From contig CBDDCK010000001.1 in assembly GCA_965225855.1 (NCBI GenBank), positions 201,995 through 265,994 on the forward strand: a stretch of 64,000 nucleotides of DNA. The letters are read 5' to 3'. A program made the position numbers and the translations under genes. The notes under the pieces were generated by a model. It searched no databases. It worked only from the letters and a program-made list of their open reading frames with translations, and had not been told where the DNA came from. The DNA is from Spirochaetia bacterium (GTDB taxonomy: Bacteria; Spirochaetota; Spirochaetia; SP-2023). Of the stretch, positions 1 through 9,913 are shown piece by piece (the stretch's first letter is position 1; each line of letters begins with the position of its first letter).

Positions 1-2
1 CA

Positions 3-1526
3 GCACGGCATGAACATAGAACACCAAAGCAAGAAGCTGCTATCACACGGCGCATGGCAAGACAAGAACATCAAATGATAATACAGCAACAGCGACAAAA
101 AAAAGCTGCTGCTCGAATCAACCAAAAAACTTTGCAATTGCGCGAACGCACTATGGCACAACAACGCCGAAAAGCGAGGCAAACAACTGCTAGAGTCCAC
201 AACATGCAGCGTCTACGCTCACAACGGCAAGAACACTTACAATTGCTGTGGGCTCATTGGAACGACCGCTATGAAATCATTTTATCGCCATTTAAAAAAC
301 GAACTCGTAGTTGGTTAAAGTTTTATCGCAATCACCGAACAATTGCTGTTACCGCTATCAGTACCATCTCTTTTGCGTTGGTGGCCATTTTTTTCGTACC
401 AAACGAAATTTATAATGATTTGTGGAGAGCTGTTTGGAAAGTTACTCCGAATGCTTTAGAAAACGTTTGGAAAATGCCAACCAATATTGAGCAGAAATCA
501 TCTACCCAATTTTTGGTGATAAACCAATCAAAGCAAGATAATCCTAAAATTCAACCAGAAAAAGAACAAAAATCGGTAAAGCAAAAAAACATTGCCAAAT
601 TACAAAATACAAAGCCAACAAAAAATCCCAGTAGAGAAAATATTTCAAGCTCGGCACTTTCTCGCGCTGTTGCGCCACTTCAAGAAACAACTATAATTTC
701 CAAGCAAACCCCAAGCCCTGAAAATATTACCGCTTCTAAGCCTATTGATAAGGCAACAAATGCAACAACGGTTACGCCGCCAAACGATTCAACAAATCAA
801 GTGGCCCCTTCTGTCAATAAAAAAACTACTACTGAAATTATACTCGAACCGCTTAATGAAAGCCAACAAAAAAATACAAAACAACAAGTTTTCAATAAAC
901 CATTGATTGGGCAAACTTCCGAACTTGCCAAAAAAACAGAGCAAGAGCAGCAAGCCAATGAATTGAGCCAACAACCTATTGAGTCCACTCAAAATGATGA
1001 AAGTGAAAAAAATAGCCAAACAAACAAAACAGAACAGGCCAATACACAGGTGTTAGAAAAAACAACAGAAAGTACGGAGAATGAAGAAAAAACGTCTAAT
1101 ATAAAAAATGAATCTTCTACAAGTACAGAAAAAAATACAGAATCAACAACCGATAACCCGCAACCCACGAATAGCAATAGTCCAATTGAAAAACCCAACA
1201 AAAATCCTAGCCAAACAAATCAAACAGATAATAATCAACCCCAAACAGAAAAAAACATCGAGCAGCCGCAAACAACAAATCCAAGCCAACCTGTAGAGCA
1301 AAGCAACCAAGAAAACTTGCAACAGCAAGCAGCCCCAATAAATACTGCGCCCTCCGAAACAGAAAAAAATGCTAGCCCTAAAGCCATAGTTCCAGAAGAC
1401 AAACCCACAGACGAAGATAAAGAAAATGCAGATTCAAATACTGAACCCCAAAATCTCGAAAATCGCCAAAACAGCCCAAATGATAGCCAAGATGCAACCT
1501 CGGAAAAAACTAAGGATAAAAACTAA
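3..1526 (+). CDS. Membrane-anchored protein with long Q/N/T/E-rich low-complexity extracytoplasmic tail, probably 5'-truncated by the window edge
   Basis: Frame is open from position 3; basic N-terminal part, one hydrophobic helix (IAVTAISTISFALVAIFFV), then ~370 aa polar low-complexity sequence. Confidence 0.7.
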   Translation, partial: ARHEHRTPKQEAAITRRMARQEHQMIIQQQRQKKAAARINQKTLQLRERTMAQQRRKARQTTARVHNMQRLRSQRQEHLQLLWAHWNDRYEIILSPFKKRTRSWLKFYRNHRTIAVTAISTISFALVAIFFVPNEIYNDLWRAVWKVTPNALENVWKMPTNIEQKSSTQFLVINQSKQDNPKIQPEKEQKSVKQKNIAKLQNTKPTKNPSRENISSSALSRAVAPLQETTIISKQTPSPENITASKPIDKATNATTVTPPNDSTNQVAPSVNKKTTTEIILEPLNESQQKNTKQQVFNKPLIGQTSELAKKTEQEQQANELSQQPIESTQNDESEKNSQTNKTEQANTQVLEKTTESTENEEKTSNIKNESSTSTEKNTESTTDNPQPTNSNSPIEKPNKNPSQTNQTDNNQPQTEKNIEQPQTTNPSQPVEQSNQENLQQQAAPINTAPSETEKNASPKAIVPEDKPTDEDKENADSNTEPQNLENRQNSPNDSQDATSEKTKDKN

Positions 1527-1614
1527 AATCAGTCTTGGATCAATAAATGATTGCAATAATCCTTATAATAAATTATTGTTAGCCATCCTAGCCAACTATG
1601 AGGAGTATATCACA

Positions 1615-2316
1615 ATGCCTTTGATAATTTTGATAACAAAGATGAGCCAAACATTCAATCAATTTTGGCAGCAAAAAACTTTGCCAATTACTTGTAGCAT
1701 AATCTTTGGCATGAGCTTAGCTATCAACCTTACAGCTCAATTATCGCGCCCAGATGACCCTAAAGAATTTTTGCCCATTGAAGACAAAGATACCGCTACG
1801 ATATATTTGGACTTCACCAATAGCAGTTTAGGTCGTTCACCCTACCGGCGTTTGCGTTTCAACATTGAATTATCCGCCCTAAGCGAATATATGACTTATC
1901 CTGTAGCCGAACCTACTGGCTGGAGTACCGCTGTATTTGTTAGCGATGAAACAGAACAAAAATTGCGCATGAAGCAATTGCCCCTCTCCCCTTATATCAA
2001 TGATAAGGGTGGTATTTATTATCTACAGTATAAAGGGATACGTATTGTTTTTGGCCTAGAAGTTCCGCCTAAAAAAGTATTCGATATTATTGCAACAACA
2101 TATAAATATTTACCTAAAATCAATGAACAAGTAACAGAGTACTACAAAAATGGTTACACTGTCCGTATTTATGAAGCTGAAAATGTGTTGGATGCAGAAA
2201 ACCACATGATAAGCTATCCAGAGGCTATCCTAGCAGCCACGATTATCGGGGCTAAAGAACAATGGCTCTGGGGTATTCATGACGGACGAGACTTGTTGAA
2301 CCAACCTTTAAAATAA
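1615..2316 (+). CDS. Hypothetical exported protein
   Basis: ORF 1426..2316; GAGGAG at ~1600 precedes ATG 1615; hydrophobic N-terminal segment; no family recognised. Confidence 0.65.
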   Translation: MPLIILITKMSQTFNQFWQQKTLPITCSIIFGMSLAINLTAQLSRPDDPKEFLPIEDKDTATIYLDFTNSSLGRSPYRRLRFNIELSALSEYMTYPVAEPTGWSTAVFVSDETEQKLRMKQLPLSPYINDKGGIYYLQYKGIRIVFGLEVPPKKVFDIIATTYKYLPKINEQVTEYYKNGYTVRIYEAENVLDAENHMISYPEAILAATIIGAKEQWLWGIHDGRDLLNQPLK

Positions 2317-2421
2317 CTCAAGGGTTTATTGCAAACTAATTTTTGACTTAGTTTTCGCAAACTTTCTTGAGGCTTCTTGCCATTATTGGGGGGAATCCTA
2401 AATTTTTTGATCGTAACCTAA

Positions 2422-4494
2422 TTGGAGGACCTCTTGTCCAGTTTATTTCGCCTGCGCTACCACTTGCGCCGTCCCGGTGAAAAGCGGCCTTTATTGCTGC
2501 TTGAGCCGATTTTTATTTCTCGTAGGGCTTTTGGTGAATATTTTGAGTCTAAAACGGTTGAAAGTCTTTCTGAAAAACACAAGCAAAATGCTGCGATAAC
2601 CACTTTAAAATGGTACTTATACGCGGAAGGTGGTATTTGTAAAACGGTTGAAATAAGCAAATTACAAACAATATATAAATTGCAAGAACTGCTGCATGAA
2701 ATACGCACCCAAGGTTTCAGTAATAAGCAACCAACCGAATTGGCCCAAGAGCTAAAAAACTTATGGCAGTGCAATATCAAAGGTATTGCAACCAACCAAC
2801 TAGCCAAACTCCCTCGGGGGTCAATCATTGCCCCCGAGGGAGTTTGGCTAGTTGACGAGCGCAGCTTCTACAGCTTACTCCCTTGTCCTAAAGAAATTTG
2901 GCACAAACTGCGTGATAGCTCTGCAGAACAACATGTTCAATTAAAAGAGCGCAGTACAGGTTGCAGCTATCATGGCTGGTTAGCCATTGTTGAACAATTT
3001 TCTAGCACAGATGAAAAGCTATTGCTTTGCCGTTTGAGTTTAGAAAAACACAGCCTAATTTCACTAAAACAAACTGTATGGGGCGAGCAAAACTATCTTT
3101 ACAGCTTATCCTTTACCAAAGAGACCATGCCTAGCGATATGGAAATCTTTTTATTTTCTCCAGTAAATATCATTAGCAGTGGCTTTGCATTGCGCAAATT
3201 CTTGCATAGTCGCCTAGAAAACTGGAAAGGTTTAGAGCAAAACCTTGAATATTTTGAAGATATGGCCGCTGATTTTATTGGTTGGGGTGAATATAAACCT
3301 GCATTAGATAAGGATTGGCTCCCTTTAAATACGGGAATAAATTCAGGTGGTTGGCGCATACAAAAGCATTTATTCCAAAAACATGGGGGCTATATTTTGC
3401 AGCGGGCCCGCAATTTTGGCGGCTATCCCATTGAGAAATTGCTCGCAGAATTGGACGGTAGCCTGCCTCTATCTTTACTTAAAAGCCTGTTCGATTACCT
3501 TTGTGGCCACCCCAACAAAAATAAAATTGAAGAAGTCCAACAAACAAAAGATAACTTATGGGGTTCGTGCAAAAAAATAGAAAGCTATTTGCTCGCTAAA
3601 GAAATGCTATTTAACCCAGATTTAACTAAAGATGCGAACAATCCCCAAAGTGCTCCCCGCCAAATCTCACCACAGGGCCGCAAAATGTTACAAAAATTAA
3701 TCATTGCTGGGAAAAAAGGTTTGGTTTGTTATCATCTGAAGCAAGAGCAGCCAGAAGTTTTATCTGCTTTGCTGCGCAGTGGTTGGGCTGTGCAGAATCA
3801 ATCGCATTGTTATGCTGCCAATTTCCTTGAAAAAGCCCCTCAACAGCAAGCACAAACAACCGAAGATTTATTGTTATTGCTCAACCATTACAAAAAAAAG
3901 AACGAATTGCGTGGTGCCCCCTCTATTTCGGCTGCCTACGGAAATAGCAAAAATATGGAACGGGCTTGCTACCGCCGCCCAACAGAAGATAGACTAGAAA
4001 ACAGGCACGAGAATAAGCTCCCAAATCGCTCTTACATTTCTGGGCAAAATTACCGAGCCAAACACAACGATCAAAAAGAATTCCATAGAGGCAAGGCTTA
4101 CCAAAAAGAGCGCAATAGCAACTACGATAGTTACCAAAATGGTTACCAAACAGAAACGCCTAAAAAAAATAGAATTGCTTGGCAAGAGCACCCAAATTAT
4201 AACAGCAGAGGTAAGCAAGGAAGCCAAGGTGATCGCCAAAGGTTTGCTAATAGCTACCACGATAGTTATCAAAGGGACTGGCCCAAAAGAAATAGAAATT
4301 GGCACGAGAATCATTCTGGAGAAAGAAGAAATGCCGATAATTCAGGTTATCGGGGCAAGCAAAATCAATGGAATGATAACCCAAACGGTTACCACCGAGA
4401 ACGGTACTCTAAAAATAAGGCAACAAGCTCCGCAAGGAATAAGCACCACTCAAAAATTACCCAAATGACTAAAAAGCCAAGGCCCAATCAATGA
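2422..4494 (+). CDS. Hypothetical protein with R/N/Q/Y/G-rich disordered C-terminus
   Basis: 690-aa ORF; no family recognised. Confidence 0.65.
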   Translation: MEDLLSSLFRLRYHLRRPGEKRPLLLLEPIFISRRAFGEYFESKTVESLSEKHKQNAAITTLKWYLYAEGGICKTVEISKLQTIYKLQELLHEIRTQGFSNKQPTELAQELKNLWQCNIKGIATNQLAKLPRGSIIAPEGVWLVDERSFYSLLPCPKEIWHKLRDSSAEQHVQLKERSTGCSYHGWLAIVEQFSSTDEKLLLCRLSLEKHSLISLKQTVWGEQNYLYSLSFTKETMPSDMEIFLFSPVNIISSGFALRKFLHSRLENWKGLEQNLEYFEDMAADFIGWGEYKPALDKDWLPLNTGINSGGWRIQKHLFQKHGGYILQRARNFGGYPIEKLLAELDGSLPLSLLKSLFDYLCGHPNKNKIEEVQQTKDNLWGSCKKIESYLLAKEMLFNPDLTKDANNPQSAPRQISPQGRKMLQKLIIAGKKGLVCYHLKQEQPEVLSALLRSGWAVQNQSHCYAANFLEKAPQQQAQTTEDLLLLLNHYKKKNELRGAPSISAAYGNSKNMERACYRRPTEDRLENRHENKLPNRSYISGQNYRAKHNDQKEFHRGKAYQKERNSNYDSYQNGYQTETPKKNRIAWQEHPNYNSRGKQGSQGDRQRFANSYHDSYQRDWPKRNRNWHENHSGERRNADNSGYRGKQNQWNDNPNGYHRERYSKNKATSSARNKHHSKITQMTKKPRPNQ

Positions 4495-4513
4495 CCCAAC
4501 CAATAACAAGAAC

Positions 4514-5350
4514 ATGACCAAGCCACCAGTTGTTTTATTGGCAATACTATTGAGTTTTTTAAGCTGTAGTGGCCATAAACCGCAAATTGCCGAATTGCGC
4601 TGGCGGCTCAATATTCAGTTTACCCCACGCCCCAAAAACTCCCTCAAAGATAGCAGCACAATTGGTTCGGAAGCTCTATCTTTATTTATTCGGCCGATAG
4701 ATTATGATGGTATAGAAGACTTAGATTCATTGTATTTGATCAACCACGAAGCGGATTTGTTTTGGGCACTCAATGCCGACCAATGGCAAAACACCACCAA
4801 TGCCGGTATTTTTTGGGTAGGCAGTAATCAGTTTAACAGTGGTTATCTCAAACAATTGCCGCGCGGTGAATATTGGGTTCAGCTATACGATAAAGCCGGC
4901 GAATTTGCCCAACGCAACTTCCAATTGATCGAGCCCAATACTCAATTACTTGCAAGCCAAATTACTGTGCCAACCGTTGGCGATGAATTGCTATTGTTAC
5001 TGCCTGAAGATGTTTCTTTATACTCAATTGTGGGCTACGATGTGGCTAACAATATTTTGTTTACCGATGCAAATTACCAAAGCCTTATATCACTTAAAAA
5101 ATTAAAAGCCCGCAATGATGAATTGGATAAAGTGCAAATTTCTTTTATCTTCCCCAATTCCAATGTTATGGCTTTGTTGGGCCCCTATCTGGTACCCCGT
5201 ATGGGTACAGAAAATCAACAACCCAGTATACAACAAAAGATACAACAAAAGCTTGATGGGCAAAGACCCAAAAGCTCAAAAGAACCAGAGATTGCTATTG
5301 ATACTTATATCCCTACTAAAGAAGAAATTGAGGCTGCCAATAACCATTAA
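4514..5350 (+). CDS. Hypothetical lipoprotein
   Basis: Signal peptide with lipobox-like LLSFLS-C. Confidence 0.7.
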   Translation: MTKPPVVLLAILLSFLSCSGHKPQIAELRWRLNIQFTPRPKNSLKDSSTIGSEALSLFIRPIDYDGIEDLDSLYLINHEADLFWALNADQWQNTTNAGIFWVGSNQFNSGYLKQLPRGEYWVQLYDKAGEFAQRNFQLIEPNTQLLASQITVPTVGDELLLLLPEDVSLYSIVGYDVANNILFTDANYQSLISLKKLKARNDELDKVQISFIFPNSNVMALLGPYLVPRMGTENQQPSIQQKIQQKLDGQRPKSSKEPEIAIDTYIPTKEEIEAANNH

Positions 5351-5465
5351 AGCAAGGCTATAAAGGCTTTAACAGCAACGGCTCACTTTGTGTTGGGAAT
5401 TACAAGTGAGCAAATGATTTTTTGTAGCACTGCCCAAAAAATTTACCAGTAGCCTATTTACTAGC

Positions 5466-6195
5466 TACCACCCCACCCAATAACTGCCCCAGCCCAAACC
5501 AACAAACCGAAATAGCCATACAAACGCACATACAAACGCAATTGGGCAATTGGTTTGCCGATGCCAATCTACAAGTCATCGCCTGTCTTGCTGCAATATA
5601 GCTTTCCGCCTTGGTATAAAGTCTTGTTCCGCATTGGTGCAATATAGCTTTCCCACTTCGATCAAGGCCTTGATCCGCATTGGAGTAAGGTATTGATCGA
5701 AGGCGGAAAGTTATATCATAGCAAGGCACTAAAAACCATAAAAATAAGCAGGCCATAGACTTGCTAAAACCCAACAACATCGTAAAAAGCCAAAACTGGG
5801 ACGACCTCAAATAGGGCCAGTATGCCGATGCTTTGACCGTAGCCCACAGCGTCAATGCTGGCATTTTAGAAGTAATGGCACAATATCTGGCTATATATTG
5901 CGGGCCGATGACCCCAACTGCGATATATTGATACCGCCCAATGGTTGGCATGGTTGGGTTGGCACGGTTGGCATGGTTGGCGTTGTGCCTGCTATCGCAT
6001 ACCCTCAAGACTTTTGATTGGCATGGATTTTGAACCACCTTACAACACTAACACACAAAAAAAGTGCCCAAACATAAAAAAACTTACAAAAAGCTTGTAT
6101 AGGCCTTGACGCAACACCCCCCCTAGCAAAATGGGGATTTACAGACTAGCCCGTATGGGTTGGTTAATCTTTATCCATTGTTGGAGGTATTGCTT
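5466..6195 (+). repeat. Conserved ~700-bp non-coding upstream element of the modular lipoprotein family, copy 1
   Basis: Near-identical to ~25493-26217 and ~38271-39014; the proximal ~150 bp recurs inverted at 60879-61030. Confidence 0.9.
6106..6187 (+). promoter_or_regulatory. Candidate sigma70-type promoter (TTGACG, C7 tract, TAGCAAAAT) and GGAGG RBS of the lipoprotein family
   Basis: Same motif upstream of all four full copies, preceded by A-tracts; -10 assignment and spacing uncertain. Confidence 0.45.
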
Positions 6196-8388
6196 ATGTA
6201 TAAGCTCAAACTACTTTTATTGCCAGTAGCCTGGCTACTGGCCTTTATGGCCTTGGCCTGCGCCCCACCCGATGACGATGCGCCGTCTTCTGGGCCGTCT
6301 GGGCCGACTATCAAGAACGCCATGTACGATGTTGGCAAGGCTATCTTAACCGTACAAGGCACTAACTTAAGTCCTACAGAAGCCCAAATCCAAACTATCA
6401 CGGTAGCTGGCTTAGCCTTAAGTTCCTATATTGCAGATGCCAAACCCACTGGGCCAAATAGTAACAATCTGGCAAAAGGTAAGTACCGTATGAAAAGCGA
6501 TGGCACAGCGCTTTGGCTGAAACTTAAAGATGAACATAAAGCTGCTCTTGAGGCCAAGGTGGGTAGCAATGGTCTAAAAAAAGGCTTGCTTAGCGTTAGC
6601 TCTGGTGCTTGGGCGGGTTTAGATACAGCCAAAGACTTAACCGTTAGTAATGTACCCGATAAGCAGTCTAAAGTATCCGATGACAATCAGCCATCTAAGC
6701 AAACTGAAGAAGAGTCGCGTAAGCAAACTGAAGACGAACAAGCTGAAGAAGTCGAAGAGCAGTCGCCTAAGCAAGCTAAAGCCGAACAAGTCGAACAAGC
6801 TGAAGATAAGCAGTCGCCTGAACTACCCGAAGCCGAACAAACCGAAGAAGTCGAAGATAAGCAGTCTAAGACCGAAACCGAAGAGCAGTCGCCTAAAGCT
6901 GCAATTACCCGTGCAAGCTACAATGTTATTTCAGGCTTCTTAGAGATTACAGGTACTAATTTACCAGCAGCAGTTGCAGACTGGGACTTTAGCAAATTGA
7001 CGCTTGTATCCGGTGATGGTACTAATAGATACACATTACCCCGGCACTCAACAGGTCAAGAAAACAGAGCCATAGGTTTTGCAAATAGAAACACAGCCAC
7101 AGGTTCTGAAGCAAGTGCAACAAGCTTATATATTGAGTTAAGGGGTAGTGTAAAAGCCAAAGCCGAGAAGATACTGGTTAACGATGGTGTTCGTGATGCT
7201 AATGGTGCATACAACCTGGAAGCAGCAGCAGGCTTTGCAGGTGGTAGCGCTGAAGACACAACCAACCCTATTACCGTTATTGGGTATACAGCCAGCATCA
7301 CCAAAGTAGACTACGATGCTAATACAGGCGAGTTATTGATTCAGGGTATCAAGTTACCGAGAGCAGTTGCACGATGGGACTTTAGCAAATTGACGCTTGT
7401 ATCCGGTGATGGTAAGAAGAGATACCCATTACCCCAGCACGCAACCGCAGGTGAAAACACAGCCACAGGTTCTAGTGCAGGTACAACCTACTTATATATT
7501 ACTTTAAGCGGTAGTATAAAAGCGGAAGCCGAGAAGATACTGGTTAACGATGGTGTTCGTGATGCTAATGGTGCATACAACCTGGAAGCAGCAGCAGGCT
7601 TTGCAGGTGGTAGCGCTGAAGACACAACCAACCCGATTACCGTTAGTGGGTATGTAAGCCTGCTCGACTCCGTATTATACAGAACAACTGTAAGCCAGTT
7701 AATTATTAAAGGTAGCAGGTTACCGACAGCAGTTGCAGACTGGGACTTTAGCAAATTGACGCTTGTATCCGGTGATGGTAAGAAGAAATACACATTACCA
7801 CGGCACTCAACTGTAGGCGCAAACAGAGCCACAGGTTCTAGTGCAAGTGCAACAGGCATATCTATTACTTTAAGCGGTAGTGTAAAAGCCAAAGTCGAGG
7901 CTATACTGGTTAAGGTTGGTGATAGTGATAATAATGGTGCATACAACCTGGAAGCAGCAGCAGGATTTGCAGGTGGTAGCGCTGAAGACACAAGCAATAA
8001 CCCGATTACCGTTAGTGGGTATGTAAGCCAGATCACCAACTTAGTCTACAATTCACGTACAGGCGTGTTAACGATTAATGGTATTAATTTACCGTCAACA
8101 GTTGCAGAGTGGGACTTTAGCAAATTGACGCTTGTATCCGGTGATGGTAAGAAGAAATACACATTACCCCAGCACGCAATAGGTGAAAACACAGCCACAG
8201 GTTCTAGGGCATTTAACAACGTCTTATATATTACTTTAAGCGGTAATGTAAAAGTGGAAGCCGATGCTATACTTGATACGGTTGGTCTTCAAGATGCTGA
8301 TGGTTATTACAACCTTGAAGCAGCAGCAGGATTTGTAATGGGTAATCCAGCAGACACAAGCAATAACATTATTTATGTTAGTAATTAG
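6196..8388 (+). CDS. Modular repeat surface lipoprotein, copy 1 (A x1, Q/E linker, B x4)
   Basis: GGAGG then ATG 6196; signal peptide MYKLKLLLLPVAWLLAFMALA-C; one LAKGKYR domain and four WDFSKL domains. Confidence 0.9.
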   Translation: MYKLKLLLLPVAWLLAFMALACAPPDDDAPSSGPSGPTIKNAMYDVGKAILTVQGTNLSPTEAQIQTITVAGLALSSYIADAKPTGPNSNNLAKGKYRMKSDGTALWLKLKDEHKAALEAKVGSNGLKKGLLSVSSGAWAGLDTAKDLTVSNVPDKQSKVSDDNQPSKQTEEESRKQTEDEQAEEVEEQSPKQAKAEQVEQAEDKQSPELPEAEQTEEVEDKQSKTETEEQSPKAAITRASYNVISGFLEITGTNLPAAVADWDFSKLTLVSGDGTNRYTLPRHSTGQENRAIGFANRNTATGSEASATSLYIELRGSVKAKAEKILVNDGVRDANGAYNLEAAAGFAGGSAEDTTNPITVIGYTASITKVDYDANTGELLIQGIKLPRAVARWDFSKLTLVSGDGKKRYPLPQHATAGENTATGSSAGTTYLYITLSGSIKAEAEKILVNDGVRDANGAYNLEAAAGFAGGSAEDTTNPITVSGYVSLLDSVLYRTTVSQLIIKGSRLPTAVADWDFSKLTLVSGDGKKKYTLPRHSTVGANRATGSSASATGISITLSGSVKAKVEAILVKVGDSDNNGAYNLEAAAGFAGGSAEDTSNNPITVSGYVSQITNLVYNSRTGVLTINGINLPSTVAEWDFSKLTLVSGDGKKKYTLPQHAIGENTATGSRAFNNVLYITLSGNVKVEADAILDTVGLQDADGYYNLEAAAGFVMGNPADTSNNIIYVSN

Positions 8389-8451
8389 TTTGACTGCGCT
8401 TACCCAATAGCTCTTAAGCTCTTATAGCAGCTAATTGAAAGCTGGCGGGCG

Positions 8452-8506
8452 GCCAACCAAGCAAAATGGTTTTGCAAATGCTGCAAGCAATGCTTGGTTG
8501 GCTTAT
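8452..8506 (+). terminator. Stem-loop downstream of lipoprotein copy 1
   Basis: GCCAACCAAGCA (8452-8463) and TGCTTGGTTGGC (8491-8502) form an inverted repeat; a related hairpin with a T tail follows copy 4. Confidence 0.5.
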
Positions 8507-8757
8507 TGTTAGCCCTTGGAGCATACTAGTGGGCAAGTAACTCAGAAAAGATTTAGAGTACACTTTATCATCTATTGAAAATTTGCCCTAAATAAAATTT
8601 GAAAAACAAAGAATAAATACCTATCAAAAGTACTTGCAAGAATTAGCTGCATACTCTAATATTTTACTATACTTGCTAACGATGATTTTATATTTATTGA
8701 AAATTTTTAGAGTTGTCCTCGTAATTTTAGAGTAAGCTATATTTGAAAGGAGCTATT

Positions 8758-9351
8758 ATGGAAGCACAATTGGATTCGCTGGTTCGCAGCATAAAATCTG
8801 ATGGAATAGAAAGCGCGCGCAAGGAAGCGGCGGCTATTATAGCGCAAGCCAAAGAAGATGCCCGTAAGATTATTGCTAGTGCAGAAGAAAATGGTAGAGA
8901 CGCTTTATACAAAGTGGAAGAAGAAACGGCAAAGCTTAAAAAAACAGTTGAAGATTCTTTGCGCCAAGCTGCTCGTGATACAGTTTTAGCAGTACGAAAA
9001 GATTTAGAAGTATTGTTCTGCAAGCTTTTACAAGAAGATGTTGGTGAGATTTTAAATGGTGCCAGTTTAGAAAGAATTATTCTCGACTTAATGAAAAGTT
9101 GGACTGTCAGTGCCTCTTTTGACATACAGATATCCCCTGCAGATATGGAATTACTAGCTTCTAGCTTACTCAAGAAATTGAAAGATATAATGCAAGATGA
9201 TAAATTTACAATTAAACCTTTGGAAGGAATGAAAGCAGGTTTACGCATTAGCTTTCGCGATGGTACCGCATATTTTGACTTTACAGATCAAGAAATTAGC
9301 AATATCTTGGCACAGCTCCTAAGTCCAAAATTTGCTTCATATTTATCTTAA
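8758..9351 (+). CDS. atpE: V-type ATP synthase subunit E
   Basis: First gene of the V-ATPase operon; coiled-coil N-terminus, C-terminal YFDFTD motif; AAGGAG RBS before ATG 8758. Confidence 0.85.
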   Translation: MEAQLDSLVRSIKSDGIESARKEAAAIIAQAKEDARKIIASAEENGRDALYKVEEETAKLKKTVEDSLRQAARDTVLAVRKDLEVLFCKLLQEDVGEILNGASLERIILDLMKSWTVSASFDIQISPADMELLASSLLKKLKDIMQDDKFTIKPLEGMKAGLRISFRDGTAYFDFTDQEISNILAQLLSPKFASYLS

Positions 9352-9370
9352 TTTTTGCAAGGTTGTTACT

Positions 9371-9913
9371 GTGGCTGAATATATCTATTTTTGTGTTTCG
9401 CTACCTTTTTTGTATTATGGCAAAGAGCCTCCTCTTAGTTCCCAGAAATTCCTTCAATTAGCCTCAACAAATTTATCATATGCTGATTTCCAAAAAATTG
9501 ATGGTTTAGATTTTAGTTGTACCAATCAACGTATTCTTACATCGAGTTTCCTCCAAGATTATTACCGATGGGAAATTGCTTTGCGTAATCAAGTAATGCT
9601 GCAACGCTTGAAAACTGTTGAACAACGAAATGCAAAATTGCGCAATGGTGGGGTTGGTAGCACAATGCTAACAGCTTCTTTAGAGCAATTATTACAACAA
9701 GAACCACTAGCGATAGAGCAAGGATTAGATTTGCTGCGTTGGAATAAACTGAATGAGCTATGTGGTGCTCGTTTATTCGATATGTTTTTTATTGCAATAT
9801 ATTTTTTGAAACTAAAGGTTTTAGAACGTGCTGTTATGTGGCAAAAAGAATTAGGTAAAGAACAATATGAAAAGGTTAGCAAAGAATTAGTAGAAGAGGT
9901 AGGAGGAGTGTAA
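9371..9913 (+). CDS. DUF2764-type V-ATPase-associated protein (subunit C-like)
   Basis: Between subunits E and A; YIYFCVSLP N-terminus and YFLKLKVLER C-terminal motif. Confidence 0.75.
   Translation: MAEYIYFCVSLPFLYYGKEPPLSSQKFLQLASTNLSYADFQKIDGLDFSCTNQRILTSSFLQDYYRWEIALRNQVMLQRLKTVEQRNAKLRNGGVGSTMLTASLEQLLQQEPLAIEQGLDLLRWNKLNELCGARLFDMFFIAIYFLKLKVLERAVMWQKELGKEQYEKVSKELVEEVGGV

Noticed and set aside
5454..6038. Antisense ORFs (194, 104/61/61 and 181 aa) in the three upstream elements
   Set aside because: The reading frame is not preserved between near-identical copies, composition is atypical and no motif is recognisable; treated as shadow ORFs
7488..8039. Antisense ORFs over the lipoprotein, ATPase, flagellar and other genes
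   Set aside because: Fully overlap well-supported genes on the opposite strand
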